64,000 nucleotides of DNA from Methanobacteriota archaeon (GTDB taxonomy: Archaea > Thermoplasmatota > Thermoplasmata > SG8-5 > JACRNV01), in contig JACRNV010000028.1 of NCBI GenBank assembly GCA_016214785.1, positions 3,445 through 67,444 of the forward strand. The letters are read 5' to 3'. The notes under the pieces were generated by a model. It was given only the letters and a program-made list of their open reading frames with translations, was not told the origin of the DNA and did no database searches. Position 1 is the first letter of the stretch; each line of letters starts with the position of its first letter. The translations under genes and the position numbers were made by a program. Shown one piece after another: positions 26,029-36,548 of the stretch.

Positions 26029-28086
26029 ATGGCGACGCTGGTCATAGCCGAGAAGAACGACGCCGCGAGGCGCATAGCCTCCATCCTTTCCCAGGGCAGC
26101 CTCAAGCGCTCCGCGATATCCAAGGTCCCTGTCTACAGCTTCGAGAGGGGAGGCGAGGAATACTCGGTCGTGGGCCTGCGCGGCCACATACTCAGGCTCG
26201 ATTATCCCAAGCGCTTCGCGCGCTGGCACGCCGACGACATCTCCGCCCTTGTATGGGCCGAGCCGGAGCGCAACGTGGCCGCGCACTCAATTGTCGGCGC
26301 GCTCGAGGTGCTCGGGCAGAAGTGCGGGAAGGCGATCCTGGCCACGGACTACGACCGGGAGGGGGAGCTCATCGGCGTCGAGGCGCTGTGGATCGTCCTG
26401 AAGAAGAACCCGGACATCGCGGTCAAGAGGGCGCGCTTCAGCGCGTTCACGAGGTACGAGGTCGAGACAGCATTTTCCAGCCTGACCGAGGTCGACCACG
26501 CGCTCGCTCGGGCCGCGGAGGCGCGGCAGATAATCGACCTCGCATGGGGGGCGGCCCTCACGCGGTTCATGTCTTTGACGACGGGGCAATATGGCCGCGA
26601 CTTCCTATCGGTCGGGCGGGTGCAGAGCCCCACTCTGGCGCTCATCGCCGACCGGGAGAAGGAGATCGCGGCGTTCGTCCCGAAACCGTACTGGGAGGTC
26701 ATCGCCACACTCAAAAAGGAGCGCGACTTCACAGCCAAGCACGAGAGGGGCTCGATCTGGGAGAAGCCCGAGGTAGACGCGCTGATGGCGCAGTTGGCCG
26801 GCGCTGCGAGCGGCACGGTCGCTGCCCTCCAGGTGCAGGAGAAGAAGGACTATCCCCCGTCGCCGTTCAACACCACCACATTCCTAGCCGAGGCCAGCAG
26901 GCTCGGCCTCTCGGCCACGATGGCGATGTCCATCGCCGAGAAGCTGTACATCGACGGCTACATCAGCTACCCCAGGACCGACAATACGGTCTATCCGCCG
27001 TCTATCAACCTCGACAACGTGCTCAAGGAGCTGCAGGGCTCGGAGTTCAAGGCCGAGGCCGCGCGCCTGTTGAAGGAGCGCAGGCAATATCCCTCGCGGG
27101 GCAAGGTGACGGCGACCGACCACCCGCCGATATATCCGGTCGCGGCAGCCACCAAGAAGAAGCTCAAGGCCGATACATGGCAGATATACGAGCTGGTCGT
27201 TCGGCGCTTCTTCGCCACCGTAGCTCCCGATGCGTTGGCTAGGGAGACTCGCGCAGTCATCGACATCCTCGGAGAGAAGTTCGAGGCGAGCGGCAGGGAA
27301 ATCCTCTTCAAGGGCTGGTACGAGTACTATCCGTACTATTCCCCGCGCGAGGCGTTCATTCCCGCGCTTTCGACCGGCGAGAAGCTTCCCGTCGCCAAGA
27401 TGGAGGCCATCGAGAACAGGACCCGGCCCCCGAACCGCTACTCCCAGGGCAACCTGATACAGGAGATGGAGCGCCTCGGCCTGGGCACGAAGAGCACGAG
27501 GCACGAGATAGTCCAGAAGCTCTTCGAGCGCCGGTACGTGGAGGGGAACCCGCTGCGGGCGACGGAGGGCGGCATCGCCGTCGTGAACGCGCTCGAGACC
27601 AGCGCCGAACACATCACGCAGCACGAGATGACCGCCCTGCTCGAGGAGGAGATGACGCGCATAGCGGAGGGGAAGAAGGAGCTGGACGTCGTCGTCACCG
27701 AGTCTCAGGAGATACTCTCCAAGGCCCTTGTGGCGCTCGAGTCCAACAAGCACCAGATACGCGAGAGCGTCAGGGGCGCGCTGGCGGCGCAGAAGCGCAT
27801 AGGCCGGTGCCAGTCATGCGGCAGCGACCTCGTCGTGCGCTGGTCGAAGAGGAAGAAGCGCTTCGTGGGCTGCTCGGCGTACCCGAAGTGCAAGACCACC
27901 TACCCATTGCCGCAGAACGGCCTCATCGTCCCCATGGACGACACCTGCGACCACTGCAAGGCGCCGATGATAAAGCTCGTCATGAGGGGCAGGAGCCCGC
28001 GCCGCCTGTGCATAAACATGGAGTGCACCGACGAGAGGAAGCAGCAAGCTATCAAAGCAAGTGCCGCCAGAAAAGCTTCCAAGTAA
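26029..28086 (+). CDS. topA: DNA topoisomerase I (type IA) with C-terminal C4 zinc-ribbon motifs, 685 aa.
   Basis: The Toprim N-terminus is MATLVIAEKNDAARRIASIL and ILATDYDREGELIG is present. The active-site region is YISYPRTDN. The C-terminal ribbons are CQSCGSDL...CSAYPKC and CDHCKAPM...C. Confidence 0.85.
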   Translation: MATLVIAEKNDAARRIASILSQGSLKRSAISKVPVYSFERGGEEYSVVGLRGHILRLDYPKRFARWHADDISALVWAEPERNVAAHSIVGALEVLGQKCGKAILATDYDREGELIGVEALWIVLKKNPDIAVKRARFSAFTRYEVETAFSSLTEVDHALARAAEARQIIDLAWGAALTRFMSLTTGQYGRDFLSVGRVQSPTLALIADREKEIAAFVPKPYWEVIATLKKERDFTAKHERGSIWEKPEVDALMAQLAGAASGTVAALQVQEKKDYPPSPFNTTTFLAEASRLGLSATMAMSIAEKLYIDGYISYPRTDNTVYPPSINLDNVLKELQGSEFKAEAARLLKERRQYPSRGKVTATDHPPIYPVAAATKKKLKADTWQIYELVVRRFFATVAPDALARETRAVIDILGEKFEASGREILFKGWYEYYPYYSPREAFIPALSTGEKLPVAKMEAIENRTRPPNRYSQGNLIQEMERLGLGTKSTRHEIVQKLFERRYVEGNPLRATEGGIAVVNALETSAEHITQHEMTALLEEEMTRIAEGKKELDVVVTESQEILSKALVALESNKHQIRESVRGALAAQKRIGRCQSCGSDLVVRWSKRKKRFVGCSAYPKCKTTYPLPQNGLIVPMDDTCDHCKAPMIKLVMRGRSPRRLCINMECTDERKQQAIKASAARKASK

Positions 28087-28239
28087 TATTCGTTTTATGT
28101 GGACATAAATCCTTTATCGGGGTCCTAGGGGAATTCGCTTTTCAGCAAACACTCAGCGAAGAATGCCCCTAGAGAGGAAGAAGGATTCGAAAGCTTAATA
28201 ATCCCTTCCGCGCATGTATATCGCACAGAGGGCATAAAA

Positions 28240-31200
28240 GTGGGCGGCGCAACGGGGAAGGGCATCGCGATTTCCGTCGGGATATTGATGATGTTGAGCG
28301 CCGTTGTTATAGGCAGCCAGCAGACAGGAGAAGGTGCGCAATCCCCGCCAGGAAAGGCGCCCGCATCTCTTTTACCGATATCTTCGAATTATGTGGCGCA
28401 CGCGCCGATAAGGATAAACTCGGACGTAGAGTTCGCGAGCATGGCAGCGAGCGAGGGATGGGCAGGAGATGGAACACAGGGGAACCCGTATATCATCGAG
28501 AATTACGACATATCCGGCTCAGGATATCGAGGTTGCATTTATATCGGCAATACAACGAGTTACTTTGTCTTGAGGAATTGTTACCTACACCATGCTACCG
28601 GAACATTCAGTGAGCCGTACTTTACGGATTCCGGTTTGGCGTTGTGCAATGCTCAAAACGGTTCGATAACCAACAACATAGTTATGTACGATGTCGAAGG
28701 GATTTACGGAAATTTAGCATCACATAACATATTCTCCAACAATACAGTAAAACAGAATAGCGATGGGGGCATTTATTTCCTCTCTTGTTCAAGTAATACC
28801 TTCATGTATAATAACTGTTCAAATAACGCAGCGGGAATAAGTCTAAAGAGCGGTTCAAATTCAAACAATGTAGTTAACAATACGTTCAACTCAACTTCGT
28901 ATTGGGGATTAGATGTGACGAGCTCACTCAATAATTTTATTTCAAATAATACTGCATCCGCGAATAGTAAATACGGGTTTTACCTTAGAACCTCAAGCAA
29001 TAGTAATACTATCGTCAACAATACAATATCAGCTAACATTCAGTATGGCATCGTCCTCGAATTGTCGTCCAGCAACACCATCTACCAGAACAATTTCATC
29101 AACAATACGAACCACGCCTCTGACAATCGCAACGACAATTGGTGGAACGCATCCTATCCTACTGGAGGTAACTACTGGTCTAATTATGCTGGTGTAGACC
29201 TGCTCTCTGGTCCCAGCCAGGACCAACCTGGTTCCGACGGTTTCAGCGATACTCCATACAACATCGACGCCGATTCGAAAGACGCTTATCCTATTGTGAT
29301 CGATGTTATAATTGCCTGCACATATCCCATTGACGGCTCGATTTTACCTAATACTGCTCCCAGTACATATATCATTCAATTCAACAAGGTTATGGACAAA
29401 ATGGTCGGTATAATATCGACCAACCTGCCGGGAGTCACATGGACATGGAGTGCAGATGGGATATGGTACAACGGGACCTATGGAGCATTACAATTATCAA
29501 CGACGTATTACGTAGACCTGATCGGCGGTGGTTTTATGGATTACACAGGGAGTCCATTGACTGGGGACAACTATAAAAATTTCACTACTTGGGATGGAAT
29601 CCACTGTCCCCCTTTCAGGATAAACTCGGATGCAGAGTTCGCGAGCATGGCAACGAGCGAAGGATGGGCGGGGGACGGGACGCAGGGGAACCCGTATATA
29701 ATCGAGAACTACGACATCGACGGGACTGGATTCGGGTATTGTATCTACGTCGGAAACACGACAGATTACTTCGTGGTGAGGAATTGCTACCTGCACCATG
29801 CAAGCGGTAACTCCGGAACTTACTATTGGAATTCCGGAATAGTTTTTTACAATGTCCAGAACGGCATCATCGCCAACAACACCGCTTCCTCGAACAACGA
29901 CCTAGGCATCTATCTCTACTCCTCCAGCAGCAACATCATCGCCAACAACACAGCGTCCTCGAACAACTACTACGGCATCCTCCTCGAATCCTCCACCAGC
30001 AACACCATCGTCAACAACACAGCGTCCTCGAACAACGACCTAGGCATCTATCTCTACTCCTCCAGCAGCAACACCATCACCAACAACACCGCCTCGAACA
30101 ATTTCAATGGCATTCTTCTGTCAACTAGTTCATATAATGTTATTGAAAATAATACTGCATTTTCTAATCTAGGGGGTGCGGGTGTCAACTTATCAACTAG
30201 TGATAACAACCTCATTACAAACAATTCAGCATGTTCAAATGGCCAGGGTATTTTCCTATCTCGTTCTAATTGGAATACAATTATCTTTAATGAACTATCA
30301 GACAATCAATATAGTGATGGGCCATGTGGAATTTGGTTCCGTGATAAATCAGATTATAATGACATTGCATATAACAATATAACAAATAATTTTTTTGGAA
30401 TTTGGATTCAGTATCGTGGGGAGCCTATAGGAAGTAATGGTAATAATATAACTAATAACACTTTTCTATCAAATTACGCTGGAATAAACATTGCGGCAAA
30501 TTTCGCTACAGCAAATCGTATTATTCATAATAATTTTATTAACAATATAAATTATCAGGCATCCACTGTGGCTTCCAATTACTGGTATGCTTCCTATCCC
30601 TATGGGGGTAACTACTGGAGCGATTACAACGGGCTCGATGTAAAGTCCGGTTCCAGCCAAAGTCTTCCAGGCGCAGATGGGATCGGTGACACGCCTTACA
30701 CGAATATCCAGGGAGGAACCGGCGCGGCAGACAAATATCCGCTCATGGTTCCATGTGGCTCGACATCATCGTATTTCAAGATTCCAGTCCACCTAGGCTG
30801 GAACCTGATATCAACGCCACTTTTGCCATCAAGTAAATCTTTGCCCTCAGTATTTATAGATACCGATGGCAATACGTCCTGGGACCGCGTGCAATCTTAC
30901 AGCCCTTCGACTCCGACCAATCTCTGGATGCAGTATTATACCGGTTGGGCCTCGTCGCTAAACGATTTGAAGAGCGCAGATCAAACTATAGGTGTGTGGC
31001 TCAACGTCACAAACCTTGGCGATGGTTATATCAATGTTAGCGGAAATATAACGCCATTCACGACTATTCCTCTTTACGCCGGTTGGAACCTCATCGGGTA
31101 TCCCGCGAAGAACGATTCAGCGTACACAATTGCAAACCTGATGTCAGCAACGGGCGCGACCATCGTTGAGGGCTATGATGGGCTCGCCACTTACCGAACA

Positions 31201-31290
31201 TCGCCACTTTCAGACACTTACGTCCTGAAGCGCGGGGAAGGCTACTGGGTCTATATGTCATCCCCAACGACGTGGGTCGTGGACTGGTAG
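28240..31290 (+). CDS. Secreted right-handed parallel beta-helix repeat protein (NosD/pectate-lyase-like), 1016 aa. It contains two tandem beta-helix modules from an internal duplication. It has a GTG start and a signal peptide.
   Basis: IRINSDVEFASMAASEGWAGDGTQGNPYIIENYDISGSG and FRINSDAEFASMATSEGWAGDGTQGNPYIIENYDIDGTG recur about 400 aa apart. About 20-aa rungs (NNTASSNNDLGIYLYSSSSN...) repeat. The gene is visibly AT-richer than its neighbours. Confidence 0.7.
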   Translation: MGGATGKGIAISVGILMMLSAVVIGSQQTGEGAQSPPGKAPASLLPISSNYVAHAPIRINSDVEFASMAASEGWAGDGTQGNPYIIENYDISGSGYRGCIYIGNTTSYFVLRNCYLHHATGTFSEPYFTDSGLALCNAQNGSITNNIVMYDVEGIYGNLASHNIFSNNTVKQNSDGGIYFLSCSSNTFMYNNCSNNAAGISLKSGSNSNNVVNNTFNSTSYWGLDVTSSLNNFISNNTASANSKYGFYLRTSSNSNTIVNNTISANIQYGIVLELSSSNTIYQNNFINNTNHASDNRNDNWWNASYPTGGNYWSNYAGVDLLSGPSQDQPGSDGFSDTPYNIDADSKDAYPIVIDVIIACTYPIDGSILPNTAPSTYIIQFNKVMDKMVGIISTNLPGVTWTWSADGIWYNGTYGALQLSTTYYVDLIGGGFMDYTGSPLTGDNYKNFTTWDGIHCPPFRINSDAEFASMATSEGWAGDGTQGNPYIIENYDIDGTGFGYCIYVGNTTDYFVVRNCYLHHASGNSGTYYWNSGIVFYNVQNGIIANNTASSNNDLGIYLYSSSSNIIANNTASSNNYYGILLESSTSNTIVNNTASSNNDLGIYLYSSSSNTITNNTASNNFNGILLSTSSYNVIENNTAFSNLGGAGVNLSTSDNNLITNNSACSNGQGIFLSRSNWNTIIFNELSDNQYSDGPCGIWFRDKSDYNDIAYNNITNNFFGIWIQYRGEPIGSNGNNITNNTFLSNYAGINIAANFATANRIIHNNFINNINYQASTVASNYWYASYPYGGNYWSDYNGLDVKSGSSQSLPGADGIGDTPYTNIQGGTGAADKYPLMVPCGSTSSYFKIPVHLGWNLISTPLLPSSKSLPSVFIDTDGNTSWDRVQSYSPSTPTNLWMQYYTGWASSLNDLKSADQTIGVWLNVTNLGDGYINVSGNITPFTTIPLYAGWNLIGYPAKNDSAYTIANLMSATGATIVEGYDGLATYRTSPLSDTYVLKRGEGYWVYMSSPTTWVVDW
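29860..30100 (+). repeat. Intragenic tandem nucleotide repeats, in about 60-nt units encoding 20-aa beta-helix rungs. A 49-nt exact duplicate occurs at 29889-29937 and 30029-30077.
   Basis: tcctcgaacaacgacctaggcatctatctctactcctccagcagcaaca occurs twice, 140 nt apart. Confidence 0.7.
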
Positions 31291-31359
31291 CAACTGTGAG
31301 TCATGCATATTAGGTTGATTTAAGAGAATAAACTTCTAGCGCATTTGGAATGGCCTGGC

Positions 31360-31509
31360 TTACTTCTTTCTAGATTCCTTCGCCTTCGGTCTCAGTCCGT
31401 CGTAGCCGCACTTCCTGCAGCGCGTGGCCCTCTGCGCGTTGCGGGCGTAGCAGCTCATGCATATCTTCTTGTTGAACATGCGCGCGTCGGCTTCCGGGAA
31501 TCTGGTCAT
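31360..31509 (-). CDS. rpl40e: Ribosomal protein L40e, 49 aa. It was missed by the ORF track.
   Basis: The minus-strand translation is [49 protein letters not shown]. This closely matches archaeal L40e (MARFPEAEARIF.K.ICMRC.A.N......CRKCG...LRPKA). It lies 25 nt downstream of rfcS. Confidence 0.85.
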   Translation of the reverse strand: MTRFPEADARMFNKKICMSCYARNAQRATRCRKCGYDGLRPKAKESRKK

Positions 31510-31534
31510 CGCCGCCCGATGCAGGAGCCCGTAT

Positions 31535-32503
31535 TTAAGCTGTGCGCTTGACCCTGGCAGACGCTATCCAGGCAAGAAGGGATTCTAGCTGTATGCGGTC
31601 GCTGCCGCCCTGTATCAGGCGGTACTCGACCTCCCCCAGGCGCTCGATTATCCTTATCCTGTCCTCCTCGGAGATGTTTATATCCCCCTCCAGGACCTCG
31701 CGGTGGAGCTGCTTGAGGATGTCCTCCCCGGAGAGCCCCAGGTCGATGAGGAGTTTGTCGAGCTTGCCGCGCGCCCCCGAGAAGTTCCCGGCCACGGCCT
31801 CCTTGACCATCGCGGCAATCTCCTCGGGCCGCGCCAGCGCGGACGTCTTGTGCACGACGTCGTCATCGATGCTCTTCGCCATCGCCGCTGCGGCTTGAAG
31901 CGAGTTAGTCGCCCTGCGCAGGTCGCCCATCGCGTGGTAGGCGATGATATCGTAAGCGCTCTCCGATACCTTGAGCTTCTCCGCCTCGGCGATCTTCTTC
32001 AGGTAGGAGATGACCTCCGCGTCCTCGAGCGGCCTGAACCTGAAGACGGCGCAGCGCGACTGTATCGGCTCGATGATCTTGGACGAATAGTTGCAGGACA
32101 GCACGAACCTGCACGTCGCGGTGTAGCGCTCCATAGTCCTGCGGAGCGCGGCCTGGGCGTCCGACGTCAGCGCGTCGGCCTCATCGAGGAATATGACCTT
32201 GAACGGCACCTTGCCGAAGGGCGCAGTGCGGGCGAAGTCCTTTATCTTGCCCCGGACGATGTCTATGCCCCTCTCGTCCGAGGCGTTCAGCTCGTGGAAG
32301 TTGTTGCGCCAGTTCTCGCCGAAGAGCTGGCGGGCGAGCGCGATCGCGCACGTGGTCTTCCCGGTCCCCGCAGGACCGGCGAACATGAGGTGGGGAAGGC
32401 TGCCGCCCTGCGCATAGGCCTTCAGGCGCTTGACGGCCTCGGCCTGCCCCACGACCTCGTCAAGGTTCTTGGGGCGGTATTTCTCGACCCAGATGTCGTT
32501 CAT
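31535..32503 (-). CDS. rfcS: Replication factor C small subunit, 322 aa.
   Basis: PWVEKYRPK-type N-terminus is [16 protein letters not shown]. Walker A is GPAGTGKTT. Also present are [10 protein letters not shown] (sensor-1 region) and [20 protein letters not shown]. Confidence 0.9.
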   Translation of the reverse strand: MNDIWVEKYRPKNLDEVVGQAEAVKRLKAYAQGGSLPHLMFAGPAGTGKTTCAIALARQLFGENWRNNFHELNASDERGIDIVRGKIKDFARTAPFGKVPFKVIFLDEADALTSDAQAALRRTMERYTATCRFVLSCNYSSKIIEPIQSRCAVFRFRPLEDAEVISYLKKIAEAEKLKVSESAYDIIAYHAMGDLRRATNSLQAAAAMAKSIDDDVVHKTSALARPEEIAAMVKEAVAGNFSGARGKLDKLLIDLGLSGEDILKQLHREVLEGDINISEEDRIRIIERLGEVEYRLIQGGSDRIQLESLLAWIASARVKRTA

Positions 32504-32512
32504 TATCTCCCC

Positions 32513-34291
32513 CTAGCCGACCAGGGCGGCGAACTCGGGCGTACCCTTCGCCGCCGCGAAGGCCTCCTCCTCCTTGGCCGTCTCCTTGTAGCTGGCGTCT
32601 ATCTCGACGGCCCTCTTGAGGAACGGGATGACGAGCTTGGCGTTGCCCTTCTTGGCCTCTGAGCAGGCCTTGTAGTACCAGGCGGCGGCCTCGTTCATGT
32701 CCCTCTTGACCACGTTGTTGAGGGCGGCGATGGCGTCGTCCCAGCGCCCGAGCTTGTAGAGCGAGACGCCCTTCGTGAGCCACGCGACGGTGTCGTCCTG
32801 GCTGAAGGACAGCAGCCTGTCGAAGCATGCGACGGCGTCCTCGAACCTCTTCAGCTGGTAGAGGGTCGCGCCCTTGTTGTGCCAGACGTTCTCGTCGCTG
32901 GGCGTCAGGGCGGAGAGCTTCTCGAAGGCCTCCAGGGCCTTTGCCAGGTTCCCCTGCTCGTAGGCGGCGTCCCCCTTGGACGTTAAAAGCGCGATGTCGT
33001 CGGGCAGGAACTTGAGGAGCGCGTCGATGTACTCGAGCTTCGCCGGCGCCTTGGCGTAGAGAGTGCGCCAGAGCTTGATGGCGCCGGCCTTCTCCCCCTT
33101 GGCCTCTAGGAGGCCGGCCTTCTTCGCCAGGAGCCCCTCGTCGTTGGGGCGCTTGGCCAGCTCCGCGTCGATCACGGCCATCTCGTCCGGCTGCAGCTCC
33201 CGCAGCTTCGCGGCATGCTCCTGGTTTGCCGGGTCGAGCTTCGCCAGCTCCTGGTACTCGGCCAGCGCCTCCTCCTTGCGGCCGTAGACGACCAGCTCGG
33301 ACGCCCGGCGCGCCCTTATCGCGAGGTTGTGCGGCTGGATCTGGAGGATGCGGTCCATGGCCGTTAAATTGCGCGGGTTGAGCGCGAGGATCCTCTCGAA
33401 ATGCGCGGGGTTCTGCGGCTCGACCTCGCCCATCCTGAAATATATATCAATGGCGTCGGAAATGCGCCCCTTGCCCTTCAGGACCTCGGCCTTGCGGGAC
33501 AGGTAGTCCATGTTCTTCGGCGATTGCTCCAGCAGGGCGTTCAGGGCGTCGACGTTGGACGGCTGCAGGGAAAGGGCCTTCTCGTACCAGGAGGCGTCCT
33601 TCTTCAGCCTGCCGACCTTGACGTACAGCTCGGCCGCCCCGGAGGAATCGCCCTTCCTGGAAAGGAGGTCGGCTTTCTTTGTCAGCGCGTCTAGGTTGTT
33701 CGGGTTCTTCGCCAGCGCGGCCGTCAGTGCCTCGACGGACGCTGGCGCAAGCTCGTCGACCTTCGCCGCGTACTTCTTGTTGTCGGGGAAGAGCTCGGAG
33801 AGCTTCCTGTAGCACTCGACGGCCTCGTCCTTCTTGCCGTCGAGCGTGAGGGCCTCGGCCTTGTACTCCAGGGCCTCGCTGTTGTCCGGCTTGAGCTTCA
33901 ATACCTCGTTGAAGCAGAGGACCGCGAAGTTGAGCAGCTGCTTGGTCTTGAGGTGCGCGATGCCCTTCGACAGCCATGCGTCCACGTTCGCCTTGTCGAA
34001 CTGCGTGGCCTTGTCGAAGCACTCTATCGAGCGGTCGATCTCGTCGACCTCGAAGTATCCCTGGCCGACGGCCGCATACAGCCTGGAGGAGTCCTGGGGG
34101 GTCTCGGAGAGCTTCTCCTCGGAGGCGAGGTACCTGTAGGCGCGGTTGTACTCCTTCGCTGCGTTGTCAATGTCGCCGTTCTTGAGAAACTTGTCCGCCT
34201 CGGAGATGATTTCATCGATCTGGGCGACGGCCTTGGTCTTCTTCTTGCCCGTGTCCTTGCCGGTTTCCTTTTTACCCCCAAAAAGAGGCAT
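32513..34291 (-). CDS. TPR-repeat protein of 593 aa (start at MPLFGGKKETGK...), divergent from the arcTGT gene.
   Basis: Tandem TPR-like units run throughout (e.g. AWLSKGIAHLKTKQLLNFAVLCFNEVLKLKP). The upstream in-frame extension to 34630 was rejected. Confidence 0.6.
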   Translation of the reverse strand: MPLFGGKKETGKDTGKKKTKAVAQIDEIISEADKFLKNGDIDNAAKEYNRAYRYLASEEKLSETPQDSSRLYAAVGQGYFEVDEIDRSIECFDKATQFDKANVDAWLSKGIAHLKTKQLLNFAVLCFNEVLKLKPDNSEALEYKAEALTLDGKKDEAVECYRKLSELFPDNKKYAAKVDELAPASVEALTAALAKNPNNLDALTKKADLLSRKGDSSGAAELYVKVGRLKKDASWYEKALSLQPSNVDALNALLEQSPKNMDYLSRKAEVLKGKGRISDAIDIYFRMGEVEPQNPAHFERILALNPRNLTAMDRILQIQPHNLAIRARRASELVVYGRKEEALAEYQELAKLDPANQEHAAKLRELQPDEMAVIDAELAKRPNDEGLLAKKAGLLEAKGEKAGAIKLWRTLYAKAPAKLEYIDALLKFLPDDIALLTSKGDAAYEQGNLAKALEAFEKLSALTPSDENVWHNKGATLYQLKRFEDAVACFDRLLSFSQDDTVAWLTKGVSLYKLGRWDDAIAALNNVVKRDMNEAAAWYYKACSEAKKGNAKLVIPFLKRAVEIDASYKETAKEEEAFAAAKGTPEFAALVG

Positions 34292-34402
34292 GGCCCTTAT
34301 CTCCGATATGCGCGGAACTATGTGGATTGGAATAGAAATTGGGTTAATAAAGCCTTCGAAATCGTGGCGCGACCTTTTTATCACCCAGGCCGATTCGGAG
34401 GC

Positions 34403-36337
34403 GTGTTCGAGATAAGGCAAAGGGACGGGCTCGCGCGGGTCTGCCGCATGGTGACTGCCCACGGCACGGTCGATACCCCGGCGCTGCTGCCGGTCATCAA
34501 CCCCAACAGGCCTCTCATTTCCCCGCGCGAGATGAAATCGACGTTCGGCGCCCAGGCCATAATCACGAACTCGTACATCATCTGGCGCACGCCCGGGCTG
34601 AGGGAGGCCGCGCTGTCGAAGGGCGTGCACTCGCTCGCGGATTTCGACGGGACGGTCATGACCGATTCGGGGACCTTCCAGTCGTACATGTACGGCAGGG
34701 TCGAGGTCGGCGCGAAGGAGATCGTGGAATTCCAGAGGTCCGTCCGCACGGACATCGGGACGATACTCGATATATTCACAGAGCCTGCGGCGACGAGGGA
34801 CGACGTCGCCTCAGCCATAGAAGAAACCATCAAGCGCGGCGCGGAAGCAATCCCTGGCAAGGGGGAGATGCTCCTCGCGGGAACGGTTCAGGGCGGTGTC
34901 TATGCGGACTTGAGGGAGGATTGCGCGCGCAGGATGTCCGACATGGCCTTCGACATACATCCGATAGGCGGCGTTGTACCACTTATGGAGGGCTACAGGT
35001 ACGCGGACCTCGTGGACGTCGTCATCGCGAGCAAGAAGGGGCTCAGGCCCTCCAGGCCCGTGCATTTGTTCGGCGCCGGCCACCCGATGCTCTTCCCACT
35101 GGCCGCGCTCATGGGCTGCGACCTCTTCGATTCGTCGTCCTACGCCAAGTACGCCGCCGACGGGCGCATCCTCACGCCGGCCGGCACTCTACGGGTCAAC
35201 GAGTTGGCCGAAATGCCATGCGCTTGCCCTGTATGCTCGAGGCACAGCGCGAAGGAGATGGCGGAGTCTCAGCGCCTGATGGCCGAGCACAATCTGCACA
35301 TCAGCTTCACTGAATTGCGCAGGGTCCGCGAGGCGATACGCGGCGGCCACCTCTGGGAGCTAGTGGAGGAGAGGGCGCGGGCGCACCCGTCGCTCATAGA
35401 GGCGCTGCGAAGGCTGGCCACGCACTCGGAATATCTGGAGCGGTTCGAGCCGCTGAGCAGGGCGTCGGCATTGTTTTACACCGGGCCGGAGACGATCCAG
35501 CGCCCTACGGTCAAGCGCGTCAGGGCGCGTCTGAGGGAGCGCGCCCTTCCGTTCGTGAATAAACCCCTCGTCGTCCTCCCCGAAGTCGAGAAGCCCTATT
35601 CGCGGCACCACATTGAAACAATAGAGAAGATATGGAAGGCTGCGGACGCGCGCATCGCCGTCGCCGGCTATTTCGGCCTCGTGCCGATAGAGCTGGACGA
35701 GGTTTATCCGATCTCTCAGTCCATCATCCCGCAACAGACCGACCTTGAGACGCAGGCCGACGCGGAGCGGGAAATCAGGGGCGAGGCCAGTGCAATCGAC
35801 CCGGCTATGCCAGTGTTTTGGGACTGGCAGGAAGAGATGACGGGCCTGCGTGAGGGCTACCCCGCCAAGGGCGCGCCGGACCGCGACGTCGGGCGCGTGC
35901 GCGCCGTCGCGGACTACCAGTTCGGTGCCGGGGCGGGGGGCGCTTTGACGCGCGGGGCAGTTGCAATCGTTAAGTCGAAGCGCACCGGAAGAATAAGGAA
36001 CGCGATGCTCGACGGCAAGCACGTCCTGTCGATGCGCGCCCACGACGGATTCTTCACCTTGAAACCGGCCGGCGCAACAGTCCTGCATGCGGCGCTGAAG
36101 GCCCCGAGGATGAGGGTCGTCGTCGCCGAGGACGCTGTCCCCTTTGTCAAAGCCGGCAAGAACCTCTTCGCCAAGTTCGCTTTGTCGTGCGACCCGGAGC
36201 TGAGGCCCGGCGACGAGGCGCTGCTCGTCGATTCCAGCGATAAATTGCTGGGGCTGGGGCAGGTCTTGCTGGTCTCGGGCGAGATAGGCGCATTCGAGCG
36301 CGGCGTGGCGGTCAGCGCGCGCGACGGGATTCCTTGA
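34403..36337 (+). CDS. tgtA: Archaeosine tRNA-guanine transglycosylase (arcTGT) with C-terminal PUA-type domains, 645 aa. It has a GTG start.
   Basis: The N-terminus (V)FEIRQRDGLARVCRMVTAHGTVDTPALLPV matches the arcTGT consensus MFEIRDRDGLARIGRL.TPHG.VETP. It has the zinc motif CxCxxC (CACPVCS) plus H. Confidence 0.8.
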   Translation: MFEIRQRDGLARVCRMVTAHGTVDTPALLPVINPNRPLISPREMKSTFGAQAIITNSYIIWRTPGLREAALSKGVHSLADFDGTVMTDSGTFQSYMYGRVEVGAKEIVEFQRSVRTDIGTILDIFTEPAATRDDVASAIEETIKRGAEAIPGKGEMLLAGTVQGGVYADLREDCARRMSDMAFDIHPIGGVVPLMEGYRYADLVDVVIASKKGLRPSRPVHLFGAGHPMLFPLAALMGCDLFDSSSYAKYAADGRILTPAGTLRVNELAEMPCACPVCSRHSAKEMAESQRLMAEHNLHISFTELRRVREAIRGGHLWELVEERARAHPSLIEALRRLATHSEYLERFEPLSRASALFYTGPETIQRPTVKRVRARLRERALPFVNKPLVVLPEVEKPYSRHHIETIEKIWKAADARIAVAGYFGLVPIELDEVYPISQSIIPQQTDLETQADAEREIRGEASAIDPAMPVFWDWQEEMTGLREGYPAKGAPDRDVGRVRAVADYQFGAGAGGALTRGAVAIVKSKRTGRIRNAMLDGKHVLSMRAHDGFFTLKPAGATVLHAALKAPRMRVVVAEDAVPFVKAGKNLFAKFALSCDPELRPGDEALLVDSSDKLLGLGQVLLVSGEIGAFERGVAVSARDGIP

Positions 36338-36548
36338 CGGCCTTCTCCGCAGTCGTCGCGCAGGCCAGCCAGTCGTCCAGGGTGTGGAGGAGCGCCATCG
36401 GGTCCTTCGCCTCCGCGGAAGCGACGACCTCTTTCCCTTTAAGCTCCGTTTCGATGAATCCGCCGTCGTCTATCTTGAGCGCGGAGGCCACGGCAGACGC
36501 TTCCGCGTCGTCCTTGAACTGGAGTGATAGTGTGGCGCGGGATTTCAA
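36312..36548 (-). CDS. Pcc1-like small protein (KEOPS subunit family), 78 aa. It has a TTG start inside a ccTTGAaa stop-start overlap, and overlaps the arcTGT 3' end convergently.
   Basis: (L)KSRATLSLQFKDDAEASAVASALKIDDGG...DPMALLHTLDDWLACATTAEKAV has Pcc1-like size and hydrophobic pattern. The start codon is non-ATG, so confidence is limited. Confidence 0.35.
   Translation of the reverse strand: MKSRATLSLQFKDDAEASAVASALKIDDGGFIETELKGKEVVASAEAKDPMALLHTLDDWLACATTAEKAVKESRRAR

Noticed and set aside
33953-34402. 5' extension of the arcTGT ORF (and likewise the 34630 extension of the TPR ORF, the 61665 extension of hmgA and the 60505 extension of mat).
   Set aside because: The extensions are low-complexity read-through of divergent promoter regions and overlap the neighbouring gene. 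Conserved N-termini ((M)FEIRQRDG, MPLFGGKK, MSKTSAV, MKRNIIVE) mark the real starts.
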